The translations under genes were made by a program, and so were the position numbers. A DNA stretch of 55,503 nt, the filler included, from Sphacelaria rigidula (taxonomy: Eukaryota): the NCBI GenBank assembly GCA_964200075.2. It is 5 parts of 5 records of this genome, joined end to end, with 100 filler letters (N's around TTAATTAATTAA, not from the genome) between each part and the next. Parts side by side here need not be neighbours in the genome. Positions count along the whole stretch, not along the records: positions 11,124 to 22,143 come from CAXNAA020005521.1; positions 22,244 to 33,263 come from CAXNAA020005522.1; 3 more parts are not named here. One strand, 5' to 3'. Each line of letters starts with the position of its first letter. The stretch's first letter is position 1. Shown here in pieces: positions 12,107 through 24,624 of this stretch. The notes beneath the pieces were generated by a model. The model made no database searches and was not told the DNA's origin. It saw nothing but the letters and a program-made list of their open reading frames with translations.

Positions 12107-14444
12107 ACAAGGTCTTGCCACGCCTGTCCCTTGTGCCAAAATTAGTCGTACATGAGCCACGATCAGATACGTCTAGCGGTGTGACGCGCGAAAAACCACC
12201 GGGATATGAGCGATGATCGATTGAGCCACCAAATTCTGCAGCGGTGCATATAACACCAAGACTGTGCAAACCGTGGCCTGCGGCCGCGCGAATGTGTGTG
12301 GCCTTGTATTTATCTAGTGGTCGCCGACTGAACAGTATCGTGGTGAATATCAGCGTGACACCCGTCGCTTGACAATCCCGCGACGAACTCTAGAAACGTT
12401 CCTATTTTTTTCCGTCATACTTTCAGCAGCTTCGTTTTCCTCGGGATAAGTTGGTTGTACCAAGGGGACCAAGCTACCTTCTCCCCGGTACACACTTTTT
12501 TCTTTTTAAACAAAGTTTTAACGCCTGCCTGACCCCGGGACGAGTCCGTGGTATCTCTGAAGGGATCGACTCATCATCTCTCCCCCGGTACACGCCTTGC
12601 ATTTAGGCATCGCGACCTTGGATCAGCACTCCCGCACCGCGTCAACTGTCCTCTAACAAGCTCATCCAAGCAGGCTCATGCTTGCTACTCGCACCCCTAA
12701 GCCTTTAATTCGGTGTCCAGGATTAGATCAAAACACACCGCACCCCCGTCGACTTTCGTCAAATTATCTTTTTCGCCCCTGACATCCTCACACCTTTGAT
12801 GACGGAATCAGATTTTCCGTTGAAAAAAATAGCTCTGAATGTGAAAACGTGATTCCTCGACGGACAGTTGTGAGAGTTTTTTCCCATCGATGTGGTCGTA
12901 TCCACATCACCCCCCCCCCATCCCTTTTACGACCGTCTTCGTACGATCTCTTGGCCCTTTTGATACTGGCAGTGGAAAAGAGTGCATCTCGAAGTGCTAC
13001 TTCTTCTTGACACACGGTTAAGTATTTACAGGTTCCACGCGGAACTATTAGCCCGAGACGTTTTTTCAGACCCGCATAAATATGAACCCCAGTGCCGGAC
13101 GGGACTTCGTACATAAAAAATAGACAGATGGTGCCGATTTTTTTTATATACTTCAGGCACGCAAGTGCTGATTTCAGCTGTGTGCACACACTTGACCAAA
13201 CTTGACCTGTTGCGTCCCTCACTGGACAGCACTAATCCGACCGCACCAGGGTGACATTTCTGGTGTGCGCATGACGTATGCTGGTGGATCCTTCTGTGGC
13301 CTTCCGCCGTGAAAATGGTTGTCGTCGGTCTTATCTGTAGCCATATTTTCTTTTTTGTCAGGGCTTGAAATAAGCAGGCGTCTAGCCCGGGGACGGGCGG
13401 GGAGGGTTCCCAAACGAGGAGAGCTTTGCAGGAGTAAACTTTTTCGCCGGCTAGCCGCGAGGAAATACTCCTTTCTTCACATGTCTTTCACCAGTCTAGG
13501 GTTCCCAGGCCAACGATCTCCACAGAAGACTTGACCGTGAGTCTGTGAACTCTGCCTCGAAGTCACCCACCAGTTGTCTGCTCCCCCACCATTTTGAGGA
13601 CTTTTCTTGTTCTCACCTGCCTTTTTTCGTCACTTTTTGGTGAGAGCCAGGATTTGAACGGGGGAGCTTCTGTTTATGAAGCGTGAAACTTTTCTTACGG
13701 TGTCGCCAATGTGAAAGGGTGATTCCCCTAGGCTTGTACCGATTATGCTAGTACCCCCGCTGTGTATGCTGTTATGGTATAGAACATTTCGGTACGAGCA
13801 CAATCGGCATCGTTCCTCGACGAATACTTGGGGGAATGTTTCCCCTATTATGTGGTGGTACTCAAATGACCCCATATATACCGCAATTCGAACAAGCAGT
13901 CATCCGCCTTGAGTGGTTTCAGTTGTAAATATAATAGTAACACAGCCGGGGCGCGGCGGCAATATTAGCTGAAGCTAAACGTTCTCAGAAACTCTTGCCA
14001 ACCTCTCATATCTGCTTGGCATTCATCCACAGCCACGCTTACGGGTCATTTTCCAAATCCCGAGATTGTCAGTTCCTCATCTGTGAATAATAGTGATGCT
14101 CGAACGTCACTTACAGAGGTTAAAGATTCAATACAAAGTTCCGAAGTAAACCCCAACACCCATAACAAGTGATCGACGTTACCCCTTTTGGAACTGAGCA
14201 TCAGTACACTTACGAACTTTAGTTGGCGTTACTTCATCCCGGTGCCACTAATATTCTTCATTTTTCTTCCAAGCTTGTTACGATATATGTCTTTGCTGCA
14301 CTAGGCGTCTGTGAATAATCAGAAGCCTGCTCCAGGAAGGAAAGGGGATAGTTCCGGAAGGATCAACTCTCCGATGTCAACGCCACAATCGGATTGTGGT
14401 TCCTCTCAGCCATGCGGTTCAAAGGACCCACATATAGATACCTC

Positions 14445-17400
14445 TTGTTGTTGTTGTTGTTGTTGTTGTTGTCTTCACATTAAGAATTTGTTCCAATACT
14501 CTGCACTGGGCATCTGATGCGGACGCCTTCCGTGGTCGCAGGCTAACTACCCTAAGCTAGGGTAAAATAAAATCATAAAACAAAAATCGGACCCAGAAAA
14601 AAAACACAAAGACACGATACAAAAAAAATAAAAACAAGTGAAGTAAAAGTACTAAAAAGGAAGAATAAAAGTAAGGAAAAAGAAATATTGCTAGCCCTCT
14701 AAGTTCCGATGCCGTATGCGACCATTAGGGCTACTGGAGGCAGGGCCCATTGGTTTACTCAACACGCGAGGCCAAACAGGAAGGAAGCCAAATTCGAGAA
14801 CCACGATCACCAGCCAAAGCGATGAGAATCGCTGGGTTCTATCCTTTCACCTCTAGAGGAACAGCTATGCGTACGAACGTACTAGGCATAACAGGGAAAA
14901 CACCACATCACAACACACACACCATCGGGGAAAGGGGTGCATGGAAGCCAGCAGTTGGTATAAAAAAGAATACAAGGCGAGATGATGGGGGGGTCTTGCC
15001 ACCTCTGCCTTATTTCATTCGGTACAAGCTGGCTATGTATTCTTCCGTCTCCTCCTTCTTTTCCTCAAAGCTCTCGTCTAATCGAACGTGGTCAGCTGGT
15101 CTCTTCCTCGATCTTGTGCCAAGAGGTCATGAACCCCTCCGCTTCCTGCAGCACTCCCGCGTGTCATGGTATTCCCCCTTCCCTCTTCGCTGCTGAAGAC
15201 CGGAGGGCAGTTCCAACTCCGACCGACTATCGGTTGTCGTCCGTAGAGCCGTTCGTGGCTTCGAAAGCTTGAAAATCGCCCCGCAGGCACTTCAGTCAGT
15301 GTTGCTCCGGGTACCCTGGTCTTGGATTCCCCCCCCCCTGTGTTTGAATGCCAGTCGCTTCGGTAGTCGTCCGTCCGATTCTCTAGCCAGGGCTCCCGCG
15401 AACAGCAGTCGCCGTTGCCGGACGATGGCTTCAGCACTTTGGCATCCGGCCTTCTAGAGGGCCTGGGTGTATGATAACTGTCGGTATTTGCCACGCACTC
15501 GGCGGTACCCGATAACCCGCGGAAGGAGCCGGCAATGTACCATCCTCCCTCAGCAACCAGTAGTGCTCGCGGCGCGGGGCCCACGTCATGCATCCATTCA
15601 GTAGGGCCTCCATTACCTCTACCTTCAGCACTCGGACCTTGAGTTCCCGCGGTGCTCTCGGTCGGTCAAAGAGCTCTCGGGGAGACCTTCTGATGCACGC
15701 CACGCCCACGCGGCTCTGCTCCGGATATTGATATCTTGTGTGAGCTCGCCATCTTCGGTGACGAGCCCATCCAAGTATCGAAGCTTTGTGGTTTGTGCGT
15801 ACTTCTGGTCCGCTGCTGTGATGACCAGTGGTGATGGGGGTGGTGTTGGTGGCTCCCCTCCTGTGGCGATTTTTGCGGTGTTCGCATCAGTTGAGCCTCT
15901 GTCTTCTTCTCCGACACCGTCAGTCCGAAGGCCTTAAACACGCGTACTATAACGGTGATCATCCTCGCCAGGCCATCGGGGGATCTCCAGACGACGGCCG
16001 CGTCATCGGCATCTGGCAGTCCCCACGCCGCTCTCTGTACGCGTTTCAGAGGTGTCTCCGTCTGCCTCATCGTCTCCTCGTCGAGGTATACCATGTCCTC
16101 GAGGATGATATCGTCCTCGCTGAATCGCACGAGAACCATCTCGAGCGTCGCAGCGCAAATTATATTGAACAGCAGCGGAAACAGCACACACCCTTGCCGT
16201 AGTCCATGCGTGACCTCGAACCACTCCGGGAGCTCATCGTCCATGAGTACGCGGGCCTGCATGCCATCATGGAATTGGCGGATGACTGCTATCATCTCAC
16301 CCGGAATCCCAGCTCGGGCAAGCACCCACCATAGAAGCTCTCGATCGACCGATCATGGGCCTTTTGGAGGTCGACGAAGCACATGTATAGTGATGTTCTC
16401 CGTCGTTGTCCCAGTTCCTGGAGTCGGCGCACTACGGACAACATGTCGACGGTGGATCGGTCAGGTCGGAAACCGCACTGTTCCTCCGGCAGTATCCCGT
16501 GTGCTTCGCAGTAGTCGCTGAGGCGGTTGGCCACTACCTTCAGAAGCACTTCCCCTGCGTGCGACACCAGTGAGATTCCCCGGTAGTTGTTACAGTGGGA
16601 GCGGTCCGATTTCTTCTAAAGCACTTTTGTCGTGTTGTCTTTCCACGCCTGCGGGGCCTCACTTCCGTGCCACACCTTGACGAGGATGGCATGGAAGCGT
16701 TCGATAACGACGGGCTCGGCTCGACCGTCGATCTTGAGTAGTTCTACAGGGAAGGAGTCATGTCCCGGCGCTTTCCAGTTTTGCATCCCCCGGACTACTC
16801 GTATAGTCTCCTCCAGCATTGGTGCTGACCCAAGCGGTACCGAATCTCTGGTGGGTAATGCTGTCCGTCGCTGCTCCACCTCCTCGATGATAGCTGGGTT
16901 CAGCGTGGGCAATTTTGAGTCGAGCAGGGTTCGGAAAACCTCGCTTATCGCTTCAGGATCTCGGTGCTTTTCCTCATAGAACCCCTTTCTCGTCTTTGAT
17001 GAACTGCTGCCCCCTGACTGCCTTCCGTCAAGACCCACCGATCTCTTGAGGTGTTTGTACGGGCCTCGCATGTCGCGGTCCATGTAGATCGCTTCTAGCC
17101 TCGCCACATACCTCTCCAGGTGTGAATGGACGCCATGGTCTATCGCAGTACGTACTCCTTTACATGCGGCTCTGAGTGTTTTCCACGTTTCTGGGGTCCG
17201 GTTGTCCTTCATCAGGCGCCGGTGCGGTGGTGGGTGGCTGGTATGCTTGCCCCCCGAGGTTGTGTAGGAACCTCTGGATCACATGTTGTCGTGTTACTTC
17301 GATCTGCAGTTGCTGTCGTCTGAATTGTCCCTGCTTTGATTTGGTTTGTAAGGTACGGTTGTGGGCAAAGCGGCCACCGAGGTCGACAGTGGCCACCACC

Positions 17401-18860
17401 ATGTTGTGATCCAAGTCAGCTTTGGCCGGAGTTGCGGGTTGGGGGTGTGCGACTACGTTGCGCACTCTATCTCGGTGTGCCTGCCGGGTAAGTATGTAGT
17501 CTACGCGCTTGAGGTTGCTCGCGTGATTCCCTGCAACATCTTTGTACGTGTGTGATATTCCACCTTTACGCGTGCTGAAGACGATGTTCGTGATGGCTAG
17601 TCCGTTGTCGGCTGCGAAAGTTAACAGTAGGTGACCGTTATCATTAAGCTCATCACGTCCGTTGGCGCCTAGGACCCCTTCGTCCTGTAGGCTCTCTTCC
17701 AATACTTTCCCCGTTCGCACGTTAGCGTCCATCAACACATACACACACTACTTCGACAGGATCCGCTGTACCAGCTCGTAAGGACTATCCCAGAACGCTC
17801 GATTGGTTTCGTCCTGGGCGACTTCGGTTGGTGCATACGCAGCTATGAAATCGATCGCCCTGCGTTGCCCCAAGATTTCAACCGCATTGCCATGAGGCGC
17901 TCCTCAATGTACTCAGTGGTGCAGGTGGCGTTGTTGCAAATCGACTCTTTGATAGCTAGGCCCACACCGAGTTGCCCTCCTGATTCGTCCTCACAGCAGA
18001 GGACTCTGAACCCTGCTGCTGTACAGTCTATTCGTCCTGCTCTCCGTGTCTCCTGCAGTCCTACCACCGAGATCTTTAGTTTCGCAGCCTCATACAAAAC
18101 GCTGTAGTCTCACCCCCATCCGTTTGCTCCTTTCACAGCGGAAGTTCTGACGTTGTAAGTGGCTACCTCAACAAGTTGACTCCGCCGCCTCGCCCGGGCT
18201 ATTCGTACTGCTTTTCTTGCAAGCCTACGTCTAGCCCGGCCCCTCCTCCACGTCTTTCTTATTTTTTTCCATGGCTTTTTTCATTGTCGCGCCGTGGACT
18301 TTCCGGCTGTGTATCTCAGCCCGATGTGTATCTTTTCTCACAGGCAGGTGCAACTTTCCTGCTCTGTCCGACTCTACTCCTTCCTCGCGTCTGGTGTGCG
18401 TACCCATGCAGTGTACAGCCCCTCGACTCCTGCCTAGGCTGTTCCCACTGCGGTCTCCGCTGGTGCATAGCCCCGGGGTCCAGGCCGGGGCTTTAGGCTC
18501 TAACCTCATGCAGCTGCCAAAGTTATTCCAAAACGAAGTACACGCCAATCTCGCGATCGCGGTGCCCCTTAACTTTCAACTCAGACTTCCCGTGGATACG
18601 AGGCTCGGGCTCGTGTCTCTGCCATTGATGTTGAATGATCTTTTCGCGGTGTAAGATCCCTGGCAGACTCCTGCCCACTTCAGTGTGGGCGGTTGGGGGG
18701 AGGGGGGGGGAGAGGGGGTATCTCCCGACAGTCTGATTTGATTCGGGCTACGTTGATTCTCGTGATCCCCGTGCCTTCTATCGGCCAAACTCGGGATCCA
18801 GGTCGACGCGAGACTCGGCCTCGTATTTCTCACCTCTGCTGCCACACTGTCGCCGGTTCA
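14445..18860 (-). mobile_element. Degenerate, near full-length non-LTR retrotransposon (RTE-clade LINE; APE endonuclease plus reverse transcriptase)
   Basis: Minus-strand APE motifs: VATYNVRT, VVGLQETRR, GVGLAI, YAPT, MDANVRTG, RVDYIL, DHNMV. RT motifs: [58 protein letters not shown], and DADD in place of YADD. The ORF is broken by several frameshifts. The 3' end carries a (CAA)n tail, seen as (TTG)9 at 14445-14471. The 5' boundary is approximate and no TSD was found. Confidence 0.92.
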
Positions 18861-19274
18861 GTAATCTTTTTGTGCGTTAAAACCGCTGGCAGGCCTAGGC
18901 CCACCCCAGCACGGGTGGGCCCGAGGCGAGTCATCTGCAACATTCAAAACTGCAGTGCGGGCGTGTTCTGGCAAAAAAAAATCCATCGAAAATCGAAACT
19001 CGGAAATCGGAAGAAAGTTTCGTGCCGTGGATAGACTACTACAGCTCTGAACGGCAACTAAACGGCTTTCGATTTCCCGGAACCTTGGACAAACCGAGCA
19101 CACGCCCAAAATCGAAGGGATTACTATAGCTCATTTTACAGAAAGGCGGCGTAAAAAGCCTGTATTGTCGTCTGCGCGTTTCATAAAGTCCTGATATGGA
19201 ACCGAGATGTCACCGTGTACCTAACATTGAAAGTTCCAGGGAGTGCAGCATCGCGGACAGGCACCTGCATTTTT

Positions 19275-19420
19275 GTTTTCCTCGGGACGAGTCCGTGGTC
19301 TCAATGGATCAACCCATGCCTCCCCCGGTATATGCCTTGCACTTGCGTTTGCGCGGATTGGATTGGTACTCCCGCAGCGCGTCGACTTTCGTCAAACAAA
19401 CTTAGTCGTACAAGCTACTT
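19275..19420 (+). repeat. Abundant interspersed repeat family (GGGACGAGTCCGTGGTCTC...CTCCCCCGGTA...ACTCCCGCA.CGCGTC)
   Basis: Further copies at ~12440-12780 (+), ~25800-25940 (-), ~29520-29650 (-) and ~30700-30800 (+), in two different contigs. Confidence 0.7.
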
Positions 19421-22289
19421 ATTTCCATTTTTGCCACTCACCTCCTCATGCGTTCAACGGCGGGAATCAGATACTGTTGACGAAAACACAAACGCAACTG
19501 GCAGAAATTGAATCCGCGTTTTTTCTATTCTCATGGTGCCAGTTGTACCATCACACTACCGGGGCATGGCGACTGCAATAGACGGGAGCGAGGGAAAATT
19601 GCAACACCACTCGAATCCGAGTTTCTCTGGACGACACCGACCGTGCTGTATCAACTTAGTTCAACCTGGCTAGTTTGCAACCGTGCAGGACGGTCATCGT
19701 CATCAGAAGGAACCCTGTACCACAGTCGACAGGAATTGTGTCCATGGTTACATTAGATTGACTCTATGGCGAACCCATCCCAATCTGAAATTAAGAGCAT
19801 ACGACCTCGAGCATAGTCAACAATTCAAAATTAGTCTCATCATTAGTCGCCGCCTCTCGTCTAGCTCGCAACTGCCGGGTATCTGCAAGCGCGGGTTGTC
19901 CTGGGGCGCGAAAAACATCATGTGCTGTCAGTCGTAGGTCGAGTGTTTTTCTGGGCATATCATAGATAGATAGTGGTAAGGCTGTTCAACTTGGTAACCA
20001 CGAGTACTGTGTCACATCCAATCCTAGATTGGTGCTATAATCTGCTAGACTGCAGCGAGAGATACGCGCCAATACGCGTAGAACACGTGCCTGTTTGAGG
20101 GAACTTGTGAGGGATCTCCAACACAAATCAGTCTGTACAGATCATGTGATGTCAAGAGATCTCTTCCTCACAGCCCTGCACACTTGTCATTCGCACCACG
20201 GCGCTCGACCAAACTAAATAAAATAGTGCAGCACTGGCGGCACTGATCAGATACTGCTCCGGAATATCTGCACCGACGTGTTGCTAGCTACTAGGTTTGT
20301 TCTGGCACGGTCGCCGAAAAAGACGTCAATCAGGACATATCCAACAGGCCACTTGCGTTGTAGAGACAAACTAAATATCTTGCCTGATATCAGCTGATGC
20401 CAGTGAGCCTGTGTGATCCTGAGCCACATCCTCTTTCAGCTCCTGCGCCAGCATAGCGGTCAGATACGACCACGTTTTCGCCCCCTCTCCCAATGTGGGA
20501 GCCTCTGGGAATGTAGCCATCCCTAAGAAAGGTTATCACCTCCCTGTGGGAGAGCTACACCATCGAATGGAGGCACCTCAACCAGGAAGGCGACGCTCAG
20601 ACAAGCCCACGTAAAGTAGTATGACAGTTGCTGGTGCGAACGACGATGGAACATGGCTTACCTTTTGCGGGATGATTTCGGCATGTGGTGTTGGGTACAA
20701 GGTTTATGGGGAGGAAACGATTCTTGGGTAGGTTCACGAACGGCACAGTGCACTAAATCCTGCACTATGTCATAGATTTGTATTGGTTACGATTTTTCTT
20801 TCTCGTAGGCCTCAAAACCGATAGACACTACTCACACTCTAGATGTGTTCGCGATATGCTACGCATATCCTTTGGTCGTGATTCATAGTACTTGCACCAC
20901 CTTCGCCCCGACGTCGACGAGTACACATCGCAGCAGCGACAGCAACGGCAGCAGCGACAACCATGCGCTCGACCCTATCAAGACTAGCATGCGCTACATC
21001 TACGTGCAGAAATATTGCAAGAAGTTCGAGAACGATATCTACTGTTGCGAGACAGTCCAGTGCTCTACTGCAGCAAAGCCATGGCCAGATACGGACATCC
21101 TCTTGCGGCGCTGCTGGGAACAACAGTAACTGCGGCCGCGATCATGGTAGATGCGGCCATGCCGCACTGGCGGGAGTTGCGGGCGGGAAGTTTGATCGTA
21201 GCGGCGATAGTCGTGGATTCGTGCGTGGGAGGGGGGTAATGACGAGGGGTTTGCATAATGAAGCTGCTGCTGGTGACAAGGAGGCAGAGGAGGTGTGTAC
21301 TGAGCGTTGACGCCACATGTAGGGACAGGCCTGTCTGTACAGTCCTGTCTGTACAGTCCTGTCGGTGTGTCGTTTGGGTTTGACAGTTCGGCCAACACTT
21401 TCGGCCCAGTGGCTGTGCGGTGGCTCTGCAGCGCGGTACAGCGCAGTGGCATGGCGTGTACTGCAATGTGGTACACTCGATGATGCACTGCAGTCTAGTA
21501 TCACATAGACGTAATAGTTGTATGCATACGCAATGCGTCGTAGGGCAAGCGAACAGCCATCATTACCACGGTATAGGCTCGGTTGGTGGCTGATTAGGGA
21601 GGCGGTGCTTGGTTGGTAACGTGGCAACCGCGACAAGGGAGCTATAGGCGTTGAACTGTGTGCTGAGGATGGAGGCCGGTAATCTTGGATAGTCCTTGTG
21701 GCCTCAGATGCCCGGTATCAGCTCTACTTTGTTTTCTCGCATTTTGGCGTATTTCCTCTGAATGTATCCAATTTCCAATTTACGGTTCCGAACACATACT
21801 GTCAAGTGCCCTCTTTCTACTGGTATATATGTATGCATGGATGTCTTCGACTTCTCGGGTATCAAGGCGAGGGGGGGTTGGACCGTGCTGCTCGCCTCAA
21901 TTTCGAAATTTCAGAGAAGCAATCTGTCAAAAGACGAGGATCCACCGGTTGTAGATGGTACGTACGTCCAGGTCCAGGTGCTCTCGCCAATTATGGGCCA
22001 TTTTCGCCGCACCAGGTGAACTGAAAGCATCACACAACGCGGAGTTCTGTGGATATTGCAACAAACACCGATGTTCCCTTAATCCTTTTGGAGCCCTCCC
22101 CTCCTGTCCCCTGGCCAAACGCCTTATTATGAGAAGCCCTGACNNNNNNNNNNNNNNNNNNNNNNNNNNNNNNNNNNNNNNNNNNNNTTAATTAATTAAN
22201 NNNNNNNNNNNNNNNNNNNNNNNNNNNNNNNNNNNNNNNNNNNTCTCTGTTGTCTTCCGCCGCCGGGAGCCGATCCGGGCCGCCCGCTG

Positions 22290-22331
<42 letters not shown>

Positions 22332-22378
22332 CGATTCCACGAAAAGAAGTGCTCGCAGATGCGTAAAACGGCCTGAAA

Positions 22379-23228
22379 CACTCGCGGTGCACTTACAATT
22401 GGGTAAAAGCTGTGTGATAGATACACCTTTCAATGCATATGCTCCGAGAACGAAACATTCAATATATTTTGTGCATGCCGGCCATGTATGTATTGAAGCG
22501 TCAATGTATAAATTGAGTCGAAGCGATGCGGAACATATTGTTGTCATGTTATATATTAAACGCAAATCATGCAAAAATATTGCTCTTCCAACACATTTAT
22601 TGCGCCCTCATCGCATAGCTATTGTGCAGCCAATATATGTTGAACACGCTTGCGGAGGAATATATTGAGTGTTTTTTGCATGTGGTGATAGATACACCTT
22701 TCAATGGCTCCCGCGCATGTAGAACTGACCACCATACTAATTTCAATACAATTTCCAATCTACATGTTGAAAATCAACATACAGTGCTACACCAATATGT
22801 ATTGTGACCGTCCCTTCCTTCGGGTATTGTCCGCCCAATAATATGTCGGACGCATTGACGCACGACACATTGGGGCGGCAATATATATTGGGGCTTCGGG
22901 TTTTGAGTATATTGAACCATCAATGTATATTGATCTCGTGTGGCAGCCAATGCATTACTCGACAAATATGTATTAGCGCCTTACCGCACCAACATGTTTC
23001 TCGGCCAATATATATTGAGGTGGCGCATGTCGTGATATATTGTTCGGTCGATATATTTTGTATGTCGCGAGACTTGATGTTTTCATGGCACAATATATAC
23101 TGACCCTCTCTCGTGCCATCATATTGCTCGCCCAACATATATTGACCCTCCCAACATATATTGACCACCTGACGCCTTAATATATCGAGCGGGCAATATA
23201 GGTTGCATATTGTATTGTACAGGGCGTG
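22379..23228. mobile_element. Probable related CAC...GTG element rich in ATATATTG/CAATATAT subrepeats
   Basis: The reverse complement of the right end, CACGCCCTGTACAAT, resembles the ends of 36151-37924. ATATATTG-type motifs are dense. The left end is only loosely similar. Confidence 0.4.
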
Positions 23229-23688
23229 GTACGGTCACACTGTCACCACGGCTGGATTCCTCCGAAACGAGTAATGTGCGACAATGGGCCAAATCAATCA
23301 AATGAAAGCAGTCGATACCATCCATTACTCATCACGTTGACTTGACTGGGCACAACTAAAAAAACCACGACAAAAGCGTGGAGGTCTTGCTTCCGTAGAG
23401 GCAAGCTGGCAAAACAACATAGCATCATTCCGGAAGAACTTTCAGCTGCGTCTCTCCTAGGTAAGAACACCTCTTGGATGATCGCTGCTCGACTTGTTTT
23501 TCAAATGGCAGCTTTTGGTTGCCTGCATCCCTGTCTGGTAGGAGCTCAAGACTACGCAATGAGATCCCCGATATAAACAATCATTACACAGAGAGACACG
23601 GGAGAGGAACACTTTTCAGATATTGCATACGACAGTATGCTCTGTTGTTGCTGCTGTGCAGTAGGGTAGAAACGCACCGGCACAAACA

Positions 23689-23910
23689 TTTCTTTCTGTG
23701 CTTTGCTTGCGTTGACTTTTTCATCACTCTTTTTTTTGTTACGACTTAGTCTGCTATATCGTCCTGTTCGATACTCTTTTTTTGCCCTGTTCCTTCTTTT
23801 TCTCAGAGCGTGTTTCACTTCCGTTTTTCTCGGGTACGTCTATCATGAGACCACGGCTGGACCCCTGGGGGGTCGGTTAAAGTGCGATAATCAATCATCC
23901 AATCAATCAG
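23689..23910 (+). mobile_element. Second copy of the (CAAT)n-tailed retro-insertion
   Basis: Shares ACGACTTAGTCTGCTAT...GGGTACGTCTATC...CACGGCTGGACCCCTG...AATCAATC with 49232-49495. Candidate TSD CAAACA (23683-23688, 23911-23916). Confidence 0.7.
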
Positions 23911-24624
23911 CAAACACGAATGTTAGCGGGGGACCATAATTAATTCTCCAGGATTCCCATGCAACCGCACATGATGGACTCGGCTGGGGTAGGATGAAAG
24001 GTAGAGACATAGAGGTAACCGTCTGAAGGCTGTGAAGCTACCCGATCCAAAATGATGTCTCAGCGTGCACCTCTATAGTTCCATCGATGCATGACGGCCA
24101 GATTCGCAACCATGAACCTCCCTGCGGGTACGGTACCCGGTGCTTACCCCATAAGATGGACCTGGCGACGACGCGCACGAACGGTCAATCATCGTGTATT
24201 TTTTGCATCCAATCCGTTGTTCATGTCAGGATTGTGCATGGAGGATCATCATGAAACCCACGATTCCTGAATTTATTCTGCAAACATTCAGCATGATCAC
24301 GGCACACCGTGTCTGCCACCCTTCGGCGTGCTGTTCGATTGCTTCTAGGAGTTGGCCTGAGCATGCTCGCGTCGGTTCCTCGCAATATGTCCACGAGCCT
24401 CAGCATTTGCACCAGTGAGGCGCTGATAAAATAGGTGGAGAAGGAAGATTTGCACTCGTGCTAGTAGTCCCCCCCGTTTCTTGGAGCTTCGCAAGTGTTT
24501 CAACCTCATGCTCTTGCCATCGCTGAACCTCGAGTGCTCCCTGCACCAGTCGTGTATAATCGAAGCTCTATTACGAATCTACTGCTCACACAAGCACATT
24601 GCCGGCTGCCTCTGTCCTCGACAG

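Noticed and set aside
20840..21310. GC-rich overlapping ORFs as an exon or transposase remnant
   Set aside because: No frame gives a recognisable motif and no phase-consistent neighbouring exons were found.
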